DNA of 64,000 nucleotides from Ferruginibacter sp. (GTDB lineage Bacteria; Bacteroidota; Bacteroidia; Chitinophagales; Chitinophagaceae): NCBI GenBank assembly GCA_017988335.1, contig JAGNRZ010000001.1, positions 2,920 to 66,919 of the forward strand, read 5' to 3'. Shown piece by piece: positions 56,201 to 64,000 of this stretch (position 1 is its first letter; each line of letters starts with the position of its first letter). The notes under the pieces were generated by a model. It saw only the letters and a program-made list of their open reading frames with translations, ran no database searches and was not told where the DNA came from. The position numbers and the translations under genes were made by a program.

Positions 56201-58817
56201 CCCAAGCCATTGCTATACTGTGGCAGGCACATACAATTTAACATTAACTGTAAATTTTAAAGATGTATCAATTCCATTAATATGTTCAGATACATACACA
56301 CTACCAGTTACATATACCCCACTAAGTATAACTGTTAACCCTACCCCAGTTTGTAGTGGTAATTTAGTAACCTTTACATCTACACCCGGTGGTTTTGCAA
56401 GTTATGCTTGGAATTTTGGAGATACTTATTCTTCTTATACCTCTCCTACCACTCATGCATATACAACACCATCGCCACCAACGTACAATGTAATACTTAC
56501 AGTGGTAGATCAATTAGGTGTTACCTGTACGGCCACAAAACCAGTTACTGTTTTACCAGGTATTACAAGTTGTACAATTTTACCAGCATTTATTTGCCCC
56601 GGTAGTTCTGCCACTTTAACTGCCCCAACAGGAGCATACACATATTTATGGCAGGTAGAAACTAGCCCAGGAGTTTTTGTCAACGCCCCAGGTACAAATA
56701 CAAACGCTACCTACAACACAACTGTACCAGGCTTTTATCATGTAATTGTTACAAACAGTAATGGATGTACTTGCACATCAAACAAGGTAGAGGTAAAGGC
56801 AGTTGCTAAACCCAAAGCATTAATAGCAGTATCACCTAGTGCAAAACTTTGTGGCCCAAGCTCAGTAATGTTAAATAGTGTAAATCATTTAACAGGCTAC
56901 ACCTCACAATGGTATCAAAATAATGTATATGGTGTTCCATTATTTGTAGGGCAGTATTGGTATATACCTACACTAGCTACCACAACACTGTTTAATGTAG
57001 TACTTACTAACCAATACGGCTGTAAAGACACTTGTAGTATAACGGTTTATGTAAACCCTATACCGGCACCACCCATTATTACTGCACCAGCTTTGCTTTG
57101 CGAAGGTGTGCCTATTACACTAAGCGTTAGTAATTATGCTTCTAATATTACTTGGAATACCGGAGCAAATACTACTTCTATCACTGTAGTGGCTGCTGGT
57201 GCTTATACGGCAACTTATACCGATCCAACAACTGGTTGTCAAAGTACACAAACCGTTACTATACATGCTAGACCTTCTACTAAATTATTTCCTCATTTTT
57301 GCGATAGCATTAAATGTACTTGTCGAAATCCAGATGGTACCTTTACAATTTATGCTCCAAAACCTTTAGTTGGGTTTTATGCAAATAATTATAACATACA
57401 ATGGTTTTTTAACGGAAGCCCAATGGGCAGCCCTGGTAACTATCCTACCTATAACCCTGCTGTTACGGGCACCTATAGTGTAATACTTACAGACCTTGTT
57501 ACTGGTTGTAAAGACACAAGCAACAACTACTCTATAGTAGTTCCACCATGCGATACTTGCGATTGTAAAGAAAGCCATTGGGGAGAAATATCATTATCCG
57601 AAGGTGGTGATGCAGCTAAGTTGGCAAACGGTAAAAATAAAACAAACGTAAAAGAAAAAAATAGTAAGGTTGCTAATCCTTTGCCTAACACAGTGTTGGA
57701 TTGTAAAGGAGTTTATACCATTAAGTGTAATCAACCATACACAATTAATGCAAATTACATTTGTAAAGATACTAGTTGCCCTTCTAAAGTAACATACTCG
57801 TTGCTATTACCCGATAATACAGTACAAACAGGTAATGTACCATATACATTTACACCAACCCAAAGCGGCAATTATGCCTTAACACTTTATGGCTGGTGTG
57901 GTGGCAAAATTTGCGATAGTTGTTTAATAACATTTAAAGTAGAGTGTATAGACCCACCAAAAGATTGTTGCAAAGGCAGTAAGTGGGGCGAAAGAGTGGT
58001 AACTATTGGCAACAACTCTCAATCATTTAATTGTAATAAAGAGTATGCTGTAAAATGTAAAACATCTGTTAGTGTTAATGCTAATTATATATGTGCCGAA
58101 GCTAATTGCCCAGGCTCAGTAACTTATACGTTGGTACAACCATCTGGTACAACATCGGGTAGCGTTCCTCTAAGCTTTACACCTACGCAAAATGGTACAT
58201 ATACAGTAACCTTATTTGGCTGGTGTGGTACTACCAAATGCGATAGCTGTGTAATTAATTTTGTGGTAAAAGATTGCCCAGTAGATACTAGTTGTTGTCC
58301 TTACGAAATTAAGGTTACACCTAAGGAAGTTACTTATACCAGTAACCCAACATCTACCATTGTAAGTAATAATTTTTCCATTGGCGGTTTACCTGCAACA
58401 GCAAACATTACCGAGGTAAGGGCCAATGTAGTAAGCTACACTATAGAGGATAATTTTAAAGGCGATTGTATGAAGTGTGTAAACCTACCATTTATATGGG
58501 CAAGCACAGCTACAGCAACCAATATTGCAACAGCATCGCCAAAAATTACCATGTTTGGCGGGGCAACGGTACCATCCTTTAACGGTAGTGGTGCTGGTGC
58601 ATACCAAAACCCAAGAGAGGTAATTTGGAATAACGGCACAAACTTAAACAGCCCTGTTATAAATAATATTGGCATGAGCTTTATATTACCACCAACGCCC
58701 AATATTGATTGTTGCGAATTGAAAGGAAGAATTTGTGTGAAGTTTACATTTAGAAATGATAAGTGTGAGGAATGTGAAGTAATTGAATGTTTTGATTTTG
58801 TGATAAAGAAAAAATAG
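53256..58817 (+). CDS. Giant secreted Cys-rich protein (1853 aa): multiple Ig-like/PKD-like modules, a duplicated Cys-rich module and an unrecognised Cys-rich C-terminal domain
   Basis: Signal peptide. Four PKD-type W[ND]FGD motifs (SWDFGDPASG, WNFGDGTTQPG, WNFGDGFDPP, WNFGDTYSSY). Many C..G....Y.V Ig-like units. No FTPNGDG-type or other T9SS C-terminal sorting motif was found. Confidence 0.85.
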   Translation: MKNLSIYTKYFIVLLMAFVFSITVSNKLQAQSCNQVDILYTSIDCFERSSHPAGGNEKGCKETAVCFGQTYTYSSSLNGVGWTYNWTATGPTAVTISPSNTQTISISWPQIGDYILTLTATDPSGNVFTSCLTVHVIERPNANFTFSPNNVCAGSMISFNGTTTYSSGFMSSWDFGDPASGSLNFQTVVGNAPVAPHQYNTAGAYTVTLITSSFTTVIVPGGNGGVADTTIKTCCSDTITKVVNILPGTIKIECISTVCAGSTSTYTITGCANPTVTVTGNTSMTQSGNQITVVWGSGTPQGQITASCPGSCTASVPVPIIPTTPQIIGNINPCNTSTTSYSLPVLPGTFYTWMLLNTTNGLYYNSAINTYPDNNTVWIKWNSVPAGVYQLGVTLENKHICCKTTGSLTITPRGKWTPYFDQTICSGSTASLSATAGGTFTWTVLPPNAGVAPLSGTGVSFNPTFANAGIYTVQAIETAGIFCNSGTTNPQQVKVTVRPTLVPGIINGPDKVCANSNYDYNMSTPAPAGTHYEWTITGGAGIFLPSGTPPIMGDNVTIKWTTVPGTISVVIKYNDFPNCAVGPVTKLVTAATVGTVSGNQNVCVDDTYTYSLTGGTLAPGEVINWVILPSSLGSVLSGNGTSTPTIKWHGMVAGSGPWTAQLQATTNCGNSALYPITISRPPVFSITQTGNICLGGVNVSATNTVGYTYSWNTSPIQTTSTINVTTPGTYTCTVTNGTCSKSKSVTIYDPFAILPIQECGGPHCNGLATSEQLQISVTKPTSGTFTYQWFKKYPTVVSVSGPVTNTNLSNIYMAADSGAYFVVVTYGACKDTAYYYVQKECCPDVNNPQITTVRNSCKQFTFTGTTPNPTGATITWNFGDGTTQPGVSGVPVTHTYVHAGSYCVTFCVGPPAVNPTSCYGNCAGTNVIVPIEALFTYKLGCNGCVQIDNQSIAIPLSPSSIITYDWNFGDGFDPPASSSSVPPSHCYTVAGTYNLTLTVNFKDVSIPLICSDTYTLPVTYTPLSITVNPTPVCSGNLVTFTSTPGGFASYAWNFGDTYSSYTSPTTHAYTTPSPPTYNVILTVVDQLGVTCTATKPVTVLPGITSCTILPAFICPGSSATLTAPTGAYTYLWQVETSPGVFVNAPGTNTNATYNTTVPGFYHVIVTNSNGCTCTSNKVEVKAVAKPKALIAVSPSAKLCGPSSVMLNSVNHLTGYTSQWYQNNVYGVPLFVGQYWYIPTLATTTLFNVVLTNQYGCKDTCSITVYVNPIPAPPIITAPALLCEGVPITLSVSNYASNITWNTGANTTSITVVAAGAYTATYTDPTTGCQSTQTVTIHARPSTKLFPHFCDSIKCTCRNPDGTFTIYAPKPLVGFYANNYNIQWFFNGSPMGSPGNYPTYNPAVTGTYSVILTDLVTGCKDTSNNYSIVVPPCDTCDCKESHWGEISLSEGGDAAKLANGKNKTNVKEKNSKVANPLPNTVLDCKGVYTIKCNQPYTINANYICKDTSCPSKVTYSLLLPDNTVQTGNVPYTFTPTQSGNYALTLYGWCGGKICDSCLITFKVECIDPPKDCCKGSKWGERVVTIGNNSQSFNCNKEYAVKCKTSVSVNANYICAEANCPGSVTYTLVQPSGTTSGSVPLSFTPTQNGTYTVTLFGWCGTTKCDSCVINFVVKDCPVDTSCCPYEIKVTPKEVTYTSNPTSTIVSNNFSIGGLPATANITEVRANVVSYTIEDNFKGDCMKCVNLPFIWASTATATNIATASPKITMFGGATVPSFNGSGAGAYQNPREVIWNNGTNLNSPVINNIGMSFILPPTPNIDCCELKGRICVKFTFRNDKCEECEVIECFDFVIKKK

Positions 58818-58837
58818 ACCTTGTGCTATGATGTATT

Positions 58838-58876
58838 AAAGGAGGGCTAGTTTACTAGCCCTCCTTTTTATTTTTT
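58838..58876 (+). terminator. Strong rho-independent terminator ending the 51645-58817 operon
   Basis: AAAGGAGGGCTAG - TTTA - CTAGCCCTCCTTT followed by a T-run. Confidence 0.85.
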
Positions 58877-59026
58877 GTTTGCACAAATTAGATTAACATC
58901 TGATGTTATAATATCAGTATTAAGGAGGCTTTATATAAGCTTTAGGTAGCAGTTACTACTGGGTATGCCGCAACCCTGCCCCACAAAATTTTATTAAAAT
59001 TGCCATTTTGTTAATACCTTACCATA

Positions 59027-60385
59027 ATGAAAAAGCTTGTTTTTTTACTGCTGCTTACAAACAGTATTGTATGCCATAGCCAACCGTATGAGCCTACTTG
59101 GCAAAGCCTTAACCAACGTAAAATACCTAGCTGGTATGGCAATGCAAAGTTTGGCATATTTATACATTGGGGTGTTTATAGTGTACCTGCTTGGGCTACA
59201 AACTCTAATGCAGATGGCTTTGGTAGCGGTTATGCTGAGTGGTATTGGCAACGGTTAAATGCTCCTAACTTAAAAATTCATAAAGAGTTTGTTGATTTTC
59301 ATAACAAAACTTACGGCCAGCAATTTGGGTATAAAGATTTTGCCCAGCAATTTAAATGCGAATTATTTAACCCACAACAATGGGCAAGCATTATTAAAAA
59401 TAGTGGTGCTAAATATGTAGTGCTTACCAGTAAACATCACGATGGTTTTTGCCTTTGGCAAAGCCCACAAGCCCCTGGGTGGAATGCTGTGGAAACAGGG
59501 CCTAAGAGAGATGTACTACATGATTTATCTGCCGCTGTACGTAACAGTGGGCTAAAAATGGGCTACTACTATTCGCTATACGAATGGTATAATGAGCAGT
59601 ATAAAAAAGATGTACCTGCGTATGTAAACACAATTATGTTGCCGCAAATAAAAAATTTAGTTACCACTTACAAGCCAGATATATTATGGACAGATGGTGA
59701 GTGGGAACAAAATAGTACTACTTGGCAAAGTAAAGAAACCATTGCATGGCTTTACAACCAATGTGTAGTAAAAGATTCTATTATTATTAATGATAGATGG
59801 GGTAGTGATGCTAGGGGTAATATAACCGCTTGTATTCAAACTTCTGAATATGGAAGTGGTACTATAAAAGAAAATGCTATTTGGGAAGAAACCAGAGGCA
59901 TTGGCGAATCATTTGGCTATAATAGAAACGAAAGCTTAGAGCAATATGCTAGTAGTAAAGCTCTTATACATCAGCTTATTAAAGTGGTAGCTAAAGGCGG
60001 CAACTTATTATTAAATATTGGGCCCAATGCCGATGGTACTATACCTGTAATTATGCAACAACGCCTTAACGATATTGGCGAATGGTTGCACATTAATGGT
60101 GAAGCTATTTACAATACACAACGCTGGCAACAAGCACCAAAAATTGATAGTGCTACTACTACTTTTTTTACTCAGCATGGCAGTACCATTTATTGCTTGC
60201 CTACAAAATGGGTTGATAAAATTGAAGTAAATGTTGTCGCTAAACCAAAAAATATTTCTTTACTGGGGTGTAATGCTGCTGTAAAATTTAGTTTTAAAAA
60301 AAACAAGCTAACTATTTATTCTCCTAATATAAGCCCTTCGGTAAACCCTAGCTTGTATGCTTGGGTTTACAAAATTGAGTGGTAA
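59027..60385 (+). CDS. Alpha-L-fucosidase, glycoside hydrolase family 29
   Basis: Signal peptide. KFGIFIHWG, TSKHHDGFCLW and ILWTDGEW are GH29 signature stretches. Confidence 0.9.
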   Translation: MKKLVFLLLLTNSIVCHSQPYEPTWQSLNQRKIPSWYGNAKFGIFIHWGVYSVPAWATNSNADGFGSGYAEWYWQRLNAPNLKIHKEFVDFHNKTYGQQFGYKDFAQQFKCELFNPQQWASIIKNSGAKYVVLTSKHHDGFCLWQSPQAPGWNAVETGPKRDVLHDLSAAVRNSGLKMGYYYSLYEWYNEQYKKDVPAYVNTIMLPQIKNLVTTYKPDILWTDGEWEQNSTTWQSKETIAWLYNQCVVKDSIIINDRWGSDARGNITACIQTSEYGSGTIKENAIWEETRGIGESFGYNRNESLEQYASSKALIHQLIKVVAKGGNLLLNIGPNADGTIPVIMQQRLNDIGEWLHINGEAIYNTQRWQQAPKIDSATTTFFTQHGSTIYCLPTKWVDKIEVNVVAKPKNISLLGCNAAVKFSFKKNKLTIYSPNISPSVNPSLYAWVYKIEW

Positions 60386-60412
60386 AAAAATTTAAGTAAC
60401 TTCATCCTTAAT

Positions 60413-60455
60413 GCAACGTCCTGCATGGCGACGTGGCTTTGTGTAGAGACGTTGC
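60413..60455. repeat. Hairpin element with perfect 8-bp arms GCAACGTC / GACGTTGC (27-nt loop)
   Basis: Read directly between the convergent fucosidase and purF genes. The GCAACGTC motif also occurs in repeat copy B (1373-1380). Confidence 0.6.
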
Positions 60456-60613
60456 TGAAAAACAAAAATGCAGCAGTGGTAATAGACACAAATAGAATTC
60501 AAGATTTAAGCAAACTATTAAGAGAATGCGAACAAAAAAAATCACTAAATAAATAAAAGACTTGTGCTAAAAAGAGATGACATCTTTTAAAAAAATATTA
60601 TCTCTTTTATATT

Positions 60614-62461
60614 TTAATACCCCCTCACATTCTTCCCTTCCATATAATTCATAAAAGCTTTGTTACAAACTTTATTGCCGCCAGGAGTAGGGTAGTTGCC
60701 TGTAAAATACCAATCGCCAAGGTTGGTAGGGCAGCTTAAATGTAGGGTTTCAATGGTTTGGTAAATAACCTCAACAGGTATGTCTAAATCTTTTGGTGTA
60801 ATTAGTTCGGCAATTTTATTTGAAATTTGATCTAGCGTAAAAGGCTTGTATAAATCTCTCACAATATTTTGTGTATGCAATTGATTGTTGCGTTGTAGCT
60901 CCTTACACTTGGTTAACATATCGGTAAGCAATTGCTCCTGATTAGTTTCTTTTAGTAATTCAATTGCAGCTTTAAAGGCAATAAAGTCGCCCATTTTGCT
61001 CATGTCTATACCATAGCAATCGGGGTAGCGTATTTGCGGAGCACTTGAGATTACAATAATTTTTTTAGGCTGCAGCCTAGATAGCATTCGTATAATACTT
61101 TCTTTAAGTGTGGTGCCTCTTACTATACTATCATCAATTACAACAAGGATATCTTCATTTTTACGAACGGTGCCATAAGTAATATCATACACATGCTGTA
61201 CCATTTCGTTTCGGCTACTATCTTCCGTTATAAAGGTTCTAAGCTTTACATCTTTAATCGCAATTTTTTCAATTCGTATTTTACGATTAATCATTTCGGT
61301 AAGCTTCTCCTCATCAAAATCTTTATTCCAGCTTAGTATTCTTTCTATCTTTATTTTTTTAAGATAATCCTCGGCACCTTTTATTAATCCATAAAAAGCA
61401 ATTTCTGCAGTGTTGGGGATGAAAGAAAAAATAGTGTTTTTTAAATCGTAGTTAATAGCTTTTAAAACAATATCGCTAAGGTTGTAACCTAAGGCAATAC
61501 GTTCTCTATAAATTTTTTCATCGCTACCACGGCTAAAATAAATACGTTCAAAACTACAGGCTCTTCTTTCTTGTGCAGGTACAATTTGTTCTATACTATA
61601 ACTGCCATCTGCTTTTACAATAAGGGCTGTGCCCGGCATAAGCTCCAGCACTTCGTTTTCGCCAACATTAAAAGTAGTACGTATAGCAGCCCTTTCACTA
61701 GCGGCTACAATTACATCATCATTTATATAATAGTAAGATGGACGAATGCCATGTGCATCTCTTACCACAAAGGCATTGCCATTGCCAATTAATCCGCTTA
61801 CATTAAAACCACCATCAAATAACGGAATAGCTTTTTTAAGCACTTTTACAATATCTAACTCTCCGGGAAAAGCTTCATCTGCTTTTACAATAAAATGGTG
61901 CACAACTTCCATCATAGCTGCCAAATCGCTTTGGCGCTGAAATTCGCCAGGGTCAATATTTACTAAGCCAAAAAGCTCTTCGGTATTTACTAAATTAAAA
62001 TTACCAGCTAATGCTAAATTTCTTGAGGGTATAGTGTGTCTTTTAATAAAAGGGTGACAAAACTCTGCATTGTTTTTTCCCTGTGTGCCATATCGCAAAT
62101 GCCCCAGCAACAGTTCCCCCAAAAAATTAAGATGACCCTTCATTAAGCCCGGATGATTTTTAATATCTGGTTGAAACTTTTCAAGTTCAGTAATTTCTTT
62201 ACCTACCTGATAAAAAATATCGGCTATGGGTTGGTTGGCACTACTACGTAAGCGATGCATGAATGGATAGCCCGGCTCGGTATTAAGCTTAAGAGTAGCA
62301 ATACCTGCACCATCTTGCCCTCGGTTGTGCTGCTTTTCCATTAATAAGTACAGCTTGTTTAAGCCATACAATACAGTGCCATATTGTTGTTGATAGTAAC
62401 TAAATGGTTTTCGCAAACGAATGAAGGCAAGGCCACATTCATGTTTTATTTCGTCGCTCAT
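60614..62461 (-). CDS. purF: Amidophosphoribosyltransferase (long, class-II glutamine amidotransferase type)
   Basis: N-terminal nucleophile context HECGLAFI, Ntn-amidotransferase domain, and PRTase motif VVIDDSIVRGTT. ATG at 62461 is preferred over the TTG at 62509. Confidence 0.9.
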   Translation of the reverse strand: MSDEIKHECGLAFIRLRKPFSYYQQQYGTVLYGLNKLYLLMEKQHNRGQDGAGIATLKLNTEPGYPFMHRLRSSANQPIADIFYQVGKEITELEKFQPDIKNHPGLMKGHLNFLGELLLGHLRYGTQGKNNAEFCHPFIKRHTIPSRNLALAGNFNLVNTEELFGLVNIDPGEFQRQSDLAAMMEVVHHFIVKADEAFPGELDIVKVLKKAIPLFDGGFNVSGLIGNGNAFVVRDAHGIRPSYYYINDDVIVAASERAAIRTTFNVGENEVLELMPGTALIVKADGSYSIEQIVPAQERRACSFERIYFSRGSDEKIYRERIALGYNLSDIVLKAINYDLKNTIFSFIPNTAEIAFYGLIKGAEDYLKKIKIERILSWNKDFDEEKLTEMINRKIRIEKIAIKDVKLRTFITEDSSRNEMVQHVYDITYGTVRKNEDILVVIDDSIVRGTTLKESIIRMLSRLQPKKIIVISSAPQIRYPDCYGIDMSKMGDFIAFKAAIELLKETNQEQLLTDMLTKCKELQRNNQLHTQNIVRDLYKPFTLDQISNKIAELITPKDLDIPVEVIYQTIETLHLSCPTNLGDWYFTGNYPTPGGNKVCNKAFMNYMEGKNVRGY

Positions 62462-62510
62462 TTTTGTGGAGTGAGGTGCAAAGTTAACGTATTGTTTACG
62501 CTGTGGCAAA

Positions 62511-62542
62511 CAAAAAAAATCCCGATAAAAAATTATCGGGAT
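62511..62542 (-). terminator. Rho-independent terminator downstream of the beta-barrel gene
   Basis: On the minus strand, ATCCCGATAA - TTTT - TTATCGGGAT followed by TTTTTTTT. Confidence 0.8.
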
Positions 62543-62562
62543 TAATACTTATTTTTTTAAAA

Positions 62563-63282
62563 TTATAAACCGCTTAAACAAAGCCCAATTTGAAAAGGCT
62601 TAATTTCTGGTGCTACCCCATCTTTAAATACATTGTTTATTTGATAACTACCAAATAATGAAAAATTACCATATCCAATACGGGCTGTAGCTGCAAAACG
62701 GGTAGTGTTAAAAAAGCTTTTGGTAGAAACCTTGGCTGTGTAAGAGCCAATAGCAGTACCGTTTTTATTCTCTAAGTTTTTACCCTTAGTGTGTGCATTT
62801 AGCAGTGTACCAGCTTTTATACCTACAGCAAACTTCAAACTCTTTCTTTCGTTATCTGGGTTAGCCGTATATCTAAACTCCAAAGGGATTTCTAAAAATG
62901 CTGTAGTAAGCTTGTATTTTTTAAACCTATCTGCACTATCTAAATTTACAAACGGCAGTTTGGTAGCAGATGAAGCAATATCTACACTCATCTTTTTAAA
63001 ATACATATTACTTGTACCTACACCAATACCAAAGGCAAGGCTAAGCTTAGGATTGCTTTTAAAAGGCCTATTCATCATTACATATACATTGGCTCCTCTG
63101 CCTAATGCTTTCATTCTACTACTAATGCTATCGGGTGTACCACTCCAATGATCGGTAGCTAATTGAACCATTAAATGATCGCCAGAACGATTTAAAAGAT
63201 TTTTTCCACTACTGTTTTTTGACTGACTAAAGCCGCTTGCCAAGCTAAATAGGGCTAATGCTGTTACTACTAATTTCTTCAT
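62563..63282 (-). CDS. Outer-membrane beta-barrel (porin-family / OmpW-PorT-like) protein
   Basis: Signal peptide MKKLVVTALALFSLASGFSQ. Alternating hydrophobic beta-strand pattern across 239 aa. Confidence 0.78.
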   Translation of the reverse strand: MKKLVVTALALFSLASGFSQSKNSSGKNLLNRSGDHLMVQLATDHWSGTPDSISSRMKALGRGANVYVMMNRPFKSNPKLSLAFGIGVGTSNMYFKKMSVDIASSATKLPFVNLDSADRFKKYKLTTAFLEIPLEFRYTANPDNERKSLKFAVGIKAGTLLNAHTKGKNLENKNGTAIGSYTAKVSTKSFFNTTRFAATARIGYGNFSLFGSYQINNVFKDGVAPEIKPFQIGLCLSGL

Positions 63283-63387
63283 ATTTTAATTTGAAGGTGC
63301 AAAATAACAGCAAATATTTTAATGAAGCGTTAAATTAATAGAGATTAAGTATATTTGCAGCCTCATTCTTCAAAAAAGTTGAAGAAA

Positions 63388-63461
63388 GGGCCTATAGCTC
63401 AGCTGGTTAGAGCACCTGACTCATAATCAGGGGGTCCCTGGTTCGAGCCCAGGTGGGCCCA
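63388..63461 (+). tRNA. tRNA with anticodon CAT: elongator tRNA-Met or lysidine-modified tRNA-Ile2, not an initiator
   Basis: A cloverleaf can be drawn. Acceptor GGGCCTA/TGGGCCC with discriminator A. D-arm AGCTCAGCTGGTTAGAGC. Anticodon stem CCTGA/TCAGG, loop CTCATAA (CAT at 63422-63424). T-arm CCTGG-TTCGAGC-CCAGG. The G1-C72 pair argues against an initiator. CCA is not encoded. Confidence 0.92.
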
Positions 63462-63474
63462 CAACAATTCGATA

Positions 63475-63508
63475 AGAGTGCCGATTTTACCGGCACTCTT
63501 TCTTTTTT
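63475..63508 (+). terminator. Rho-independent terminator after the tRNA
   Basis: AGAGTGCCG - 7-nt loop - CGGCACTCT followed by TTCTTTTTT. Confidence 0.8.
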
Positions 63509-63635
63509 CACCAGTTGGTTGTCCTGGTAGTTGTCTCTAGTTTTAATACTTGCCTCTTTAACCCATTTTTTTAACATAAAATCTGTTTAAACAAAGAAAA
63601 AAGATATCTTAATTCTAATTACTCTAATTTACTTT

Positions 63636-63899
63636 TCAAAGGATTTTATTAAGGGAATCCATCTCAAAAGAAATTTTCACTTGCCCCTTTTTTAAATTAT
63701 CATATTTGAATATAATTAAATTTTGCATTGAATCATAATAAACGCTATCCTCTTGTTTCTTACTAATAGATGGGTTCAATAAATACTTACTATAGTTTGT
63801 ATTTATCGCAATCCTTAAAGTATATTTTTCTTTATGATTTTTTGCTTCATTGCAGGCAAATAGTTGTAAAAAAAACAATATATAAATTATATACTTCAT
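63636..63899 (-). CDS. Small hypothetical lipoprotein (87 aa)
   Basis: Lipobox-like FLQLFACNE after a hydrophobic N-terminus. ATG start. Confidence 0.55.
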   Translation of the reverse strand: MKYIIYILFFLQLFACNEAKNHKEKYTLRIAINTNYSKYLLNPSISKKQEDSVYYDSMQNLIIFKYDNLKKGQVKISFEMDSLNKIL

Positions 63900-64000
63900 C
63901 TTTCTTTATAGATAATGATCAACCTTGCCCTATTCCGGCACCTCCACCACAGTCCAATTCTTCGTTCTTCTATTCCATAAAATATTGTAATCTTTTCCAT

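Noticed and set aside
53256-58817. Expected T9SS C-terminal sorting domain on the PKD/Ig-rich giant protein
   Set aside because: I searched the last roughly 120 aa for type A or type B CTD hallmarks (for example an FTPNGDG-like motif, or terminal beta-strand patterns ending in hydrophobic/aromatic residues) and found none. The C-terminus is Cys-dense and ends in KKK. I therefore did not call it T9SS cargo.
1533-62509. Longer N-terminal extensions in the ORF track (1533, 16249, 21131, 43945, 62509) that begin at TTG
   Set aside because: In each case an in-frame ATG a few codons downstream yields a canonical N-terminus: a signal peptide, a lipobox, or a conserved family start such as MSDEIKHECG for PurF. 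I used the ATG coordinates.
63897-64000. 33-aa minus-strand frame starting exactly at the window edge (MEKITIFYGIEERRIGLWWRCRNRARLIIIYKER*), whose TGA overlaps the ATG of 63636-63899
   Set aside because: The ATG at the last three bases of the window may be coincidental and the frame may continue beyond the window. It is too short and featureless to call.

Overview
This is a low-GC (roughly mid-30s %) chromosomal segment that looks like Bacteroidota. The pointers are propeller/Y_Y_Y LytS-type histidine kinases, SusD-free housekeeping synteny, a GH29 fucosidase, DUF-rich lipoproteins and no Shine-Dalgarno signals. Most of the window is densely packed housekeeping: dnaN, cysS, tex, purF, metF, lptB, rlmD, an M16 peptidase pair, two rhomboids, a fused 2-oxoacid dehydrogenase E1 and one tRNA(CAT).

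Two accessory loci stand out, and they share one architecture: a propeller-type sensor kinase, a LytTR response regulator, a perfect direct-repeat pair at 20-21 bp periodicity, then an operon of secreted proteins.

- Locus 1 (about 5.6-14.0 kb, minus strand) encodes a cholesterol-dependent-cytolysin-like (CDC/CDCL) pore-forming protein. Its membrane-binding domain 4 is replaced by a LecA/PA-IL-like lectin. It is followed by an Asn-rich tandem-repeat protein ending in a papain-like (C70/C39-like) cysteine peptidase, and then a lipoprotein.
- Locus 2 (about 47.7-58.9 kb, plus strand) encodes a 528-aa and a 1853-aa Cys-rich secreted protein. They share an unrecognised C-terminal domain and lack a recognisable T9SS sorting domain.

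The two target promoters also share an 11-mer, AATCTTTACGT, at the same position relative to the repeats and the ATG.

Smaller observations:
- several families of short structured intergenic repeats
- a ParE/RelE toxin-antitoxin pair
- a translationally coupled pair of a YbjN-like protein and a trypsin-like protease
- a possibly non-catalytic rhomboid

All homology statements come from my own reading of motifs in the translated ORFs. No database search was run.
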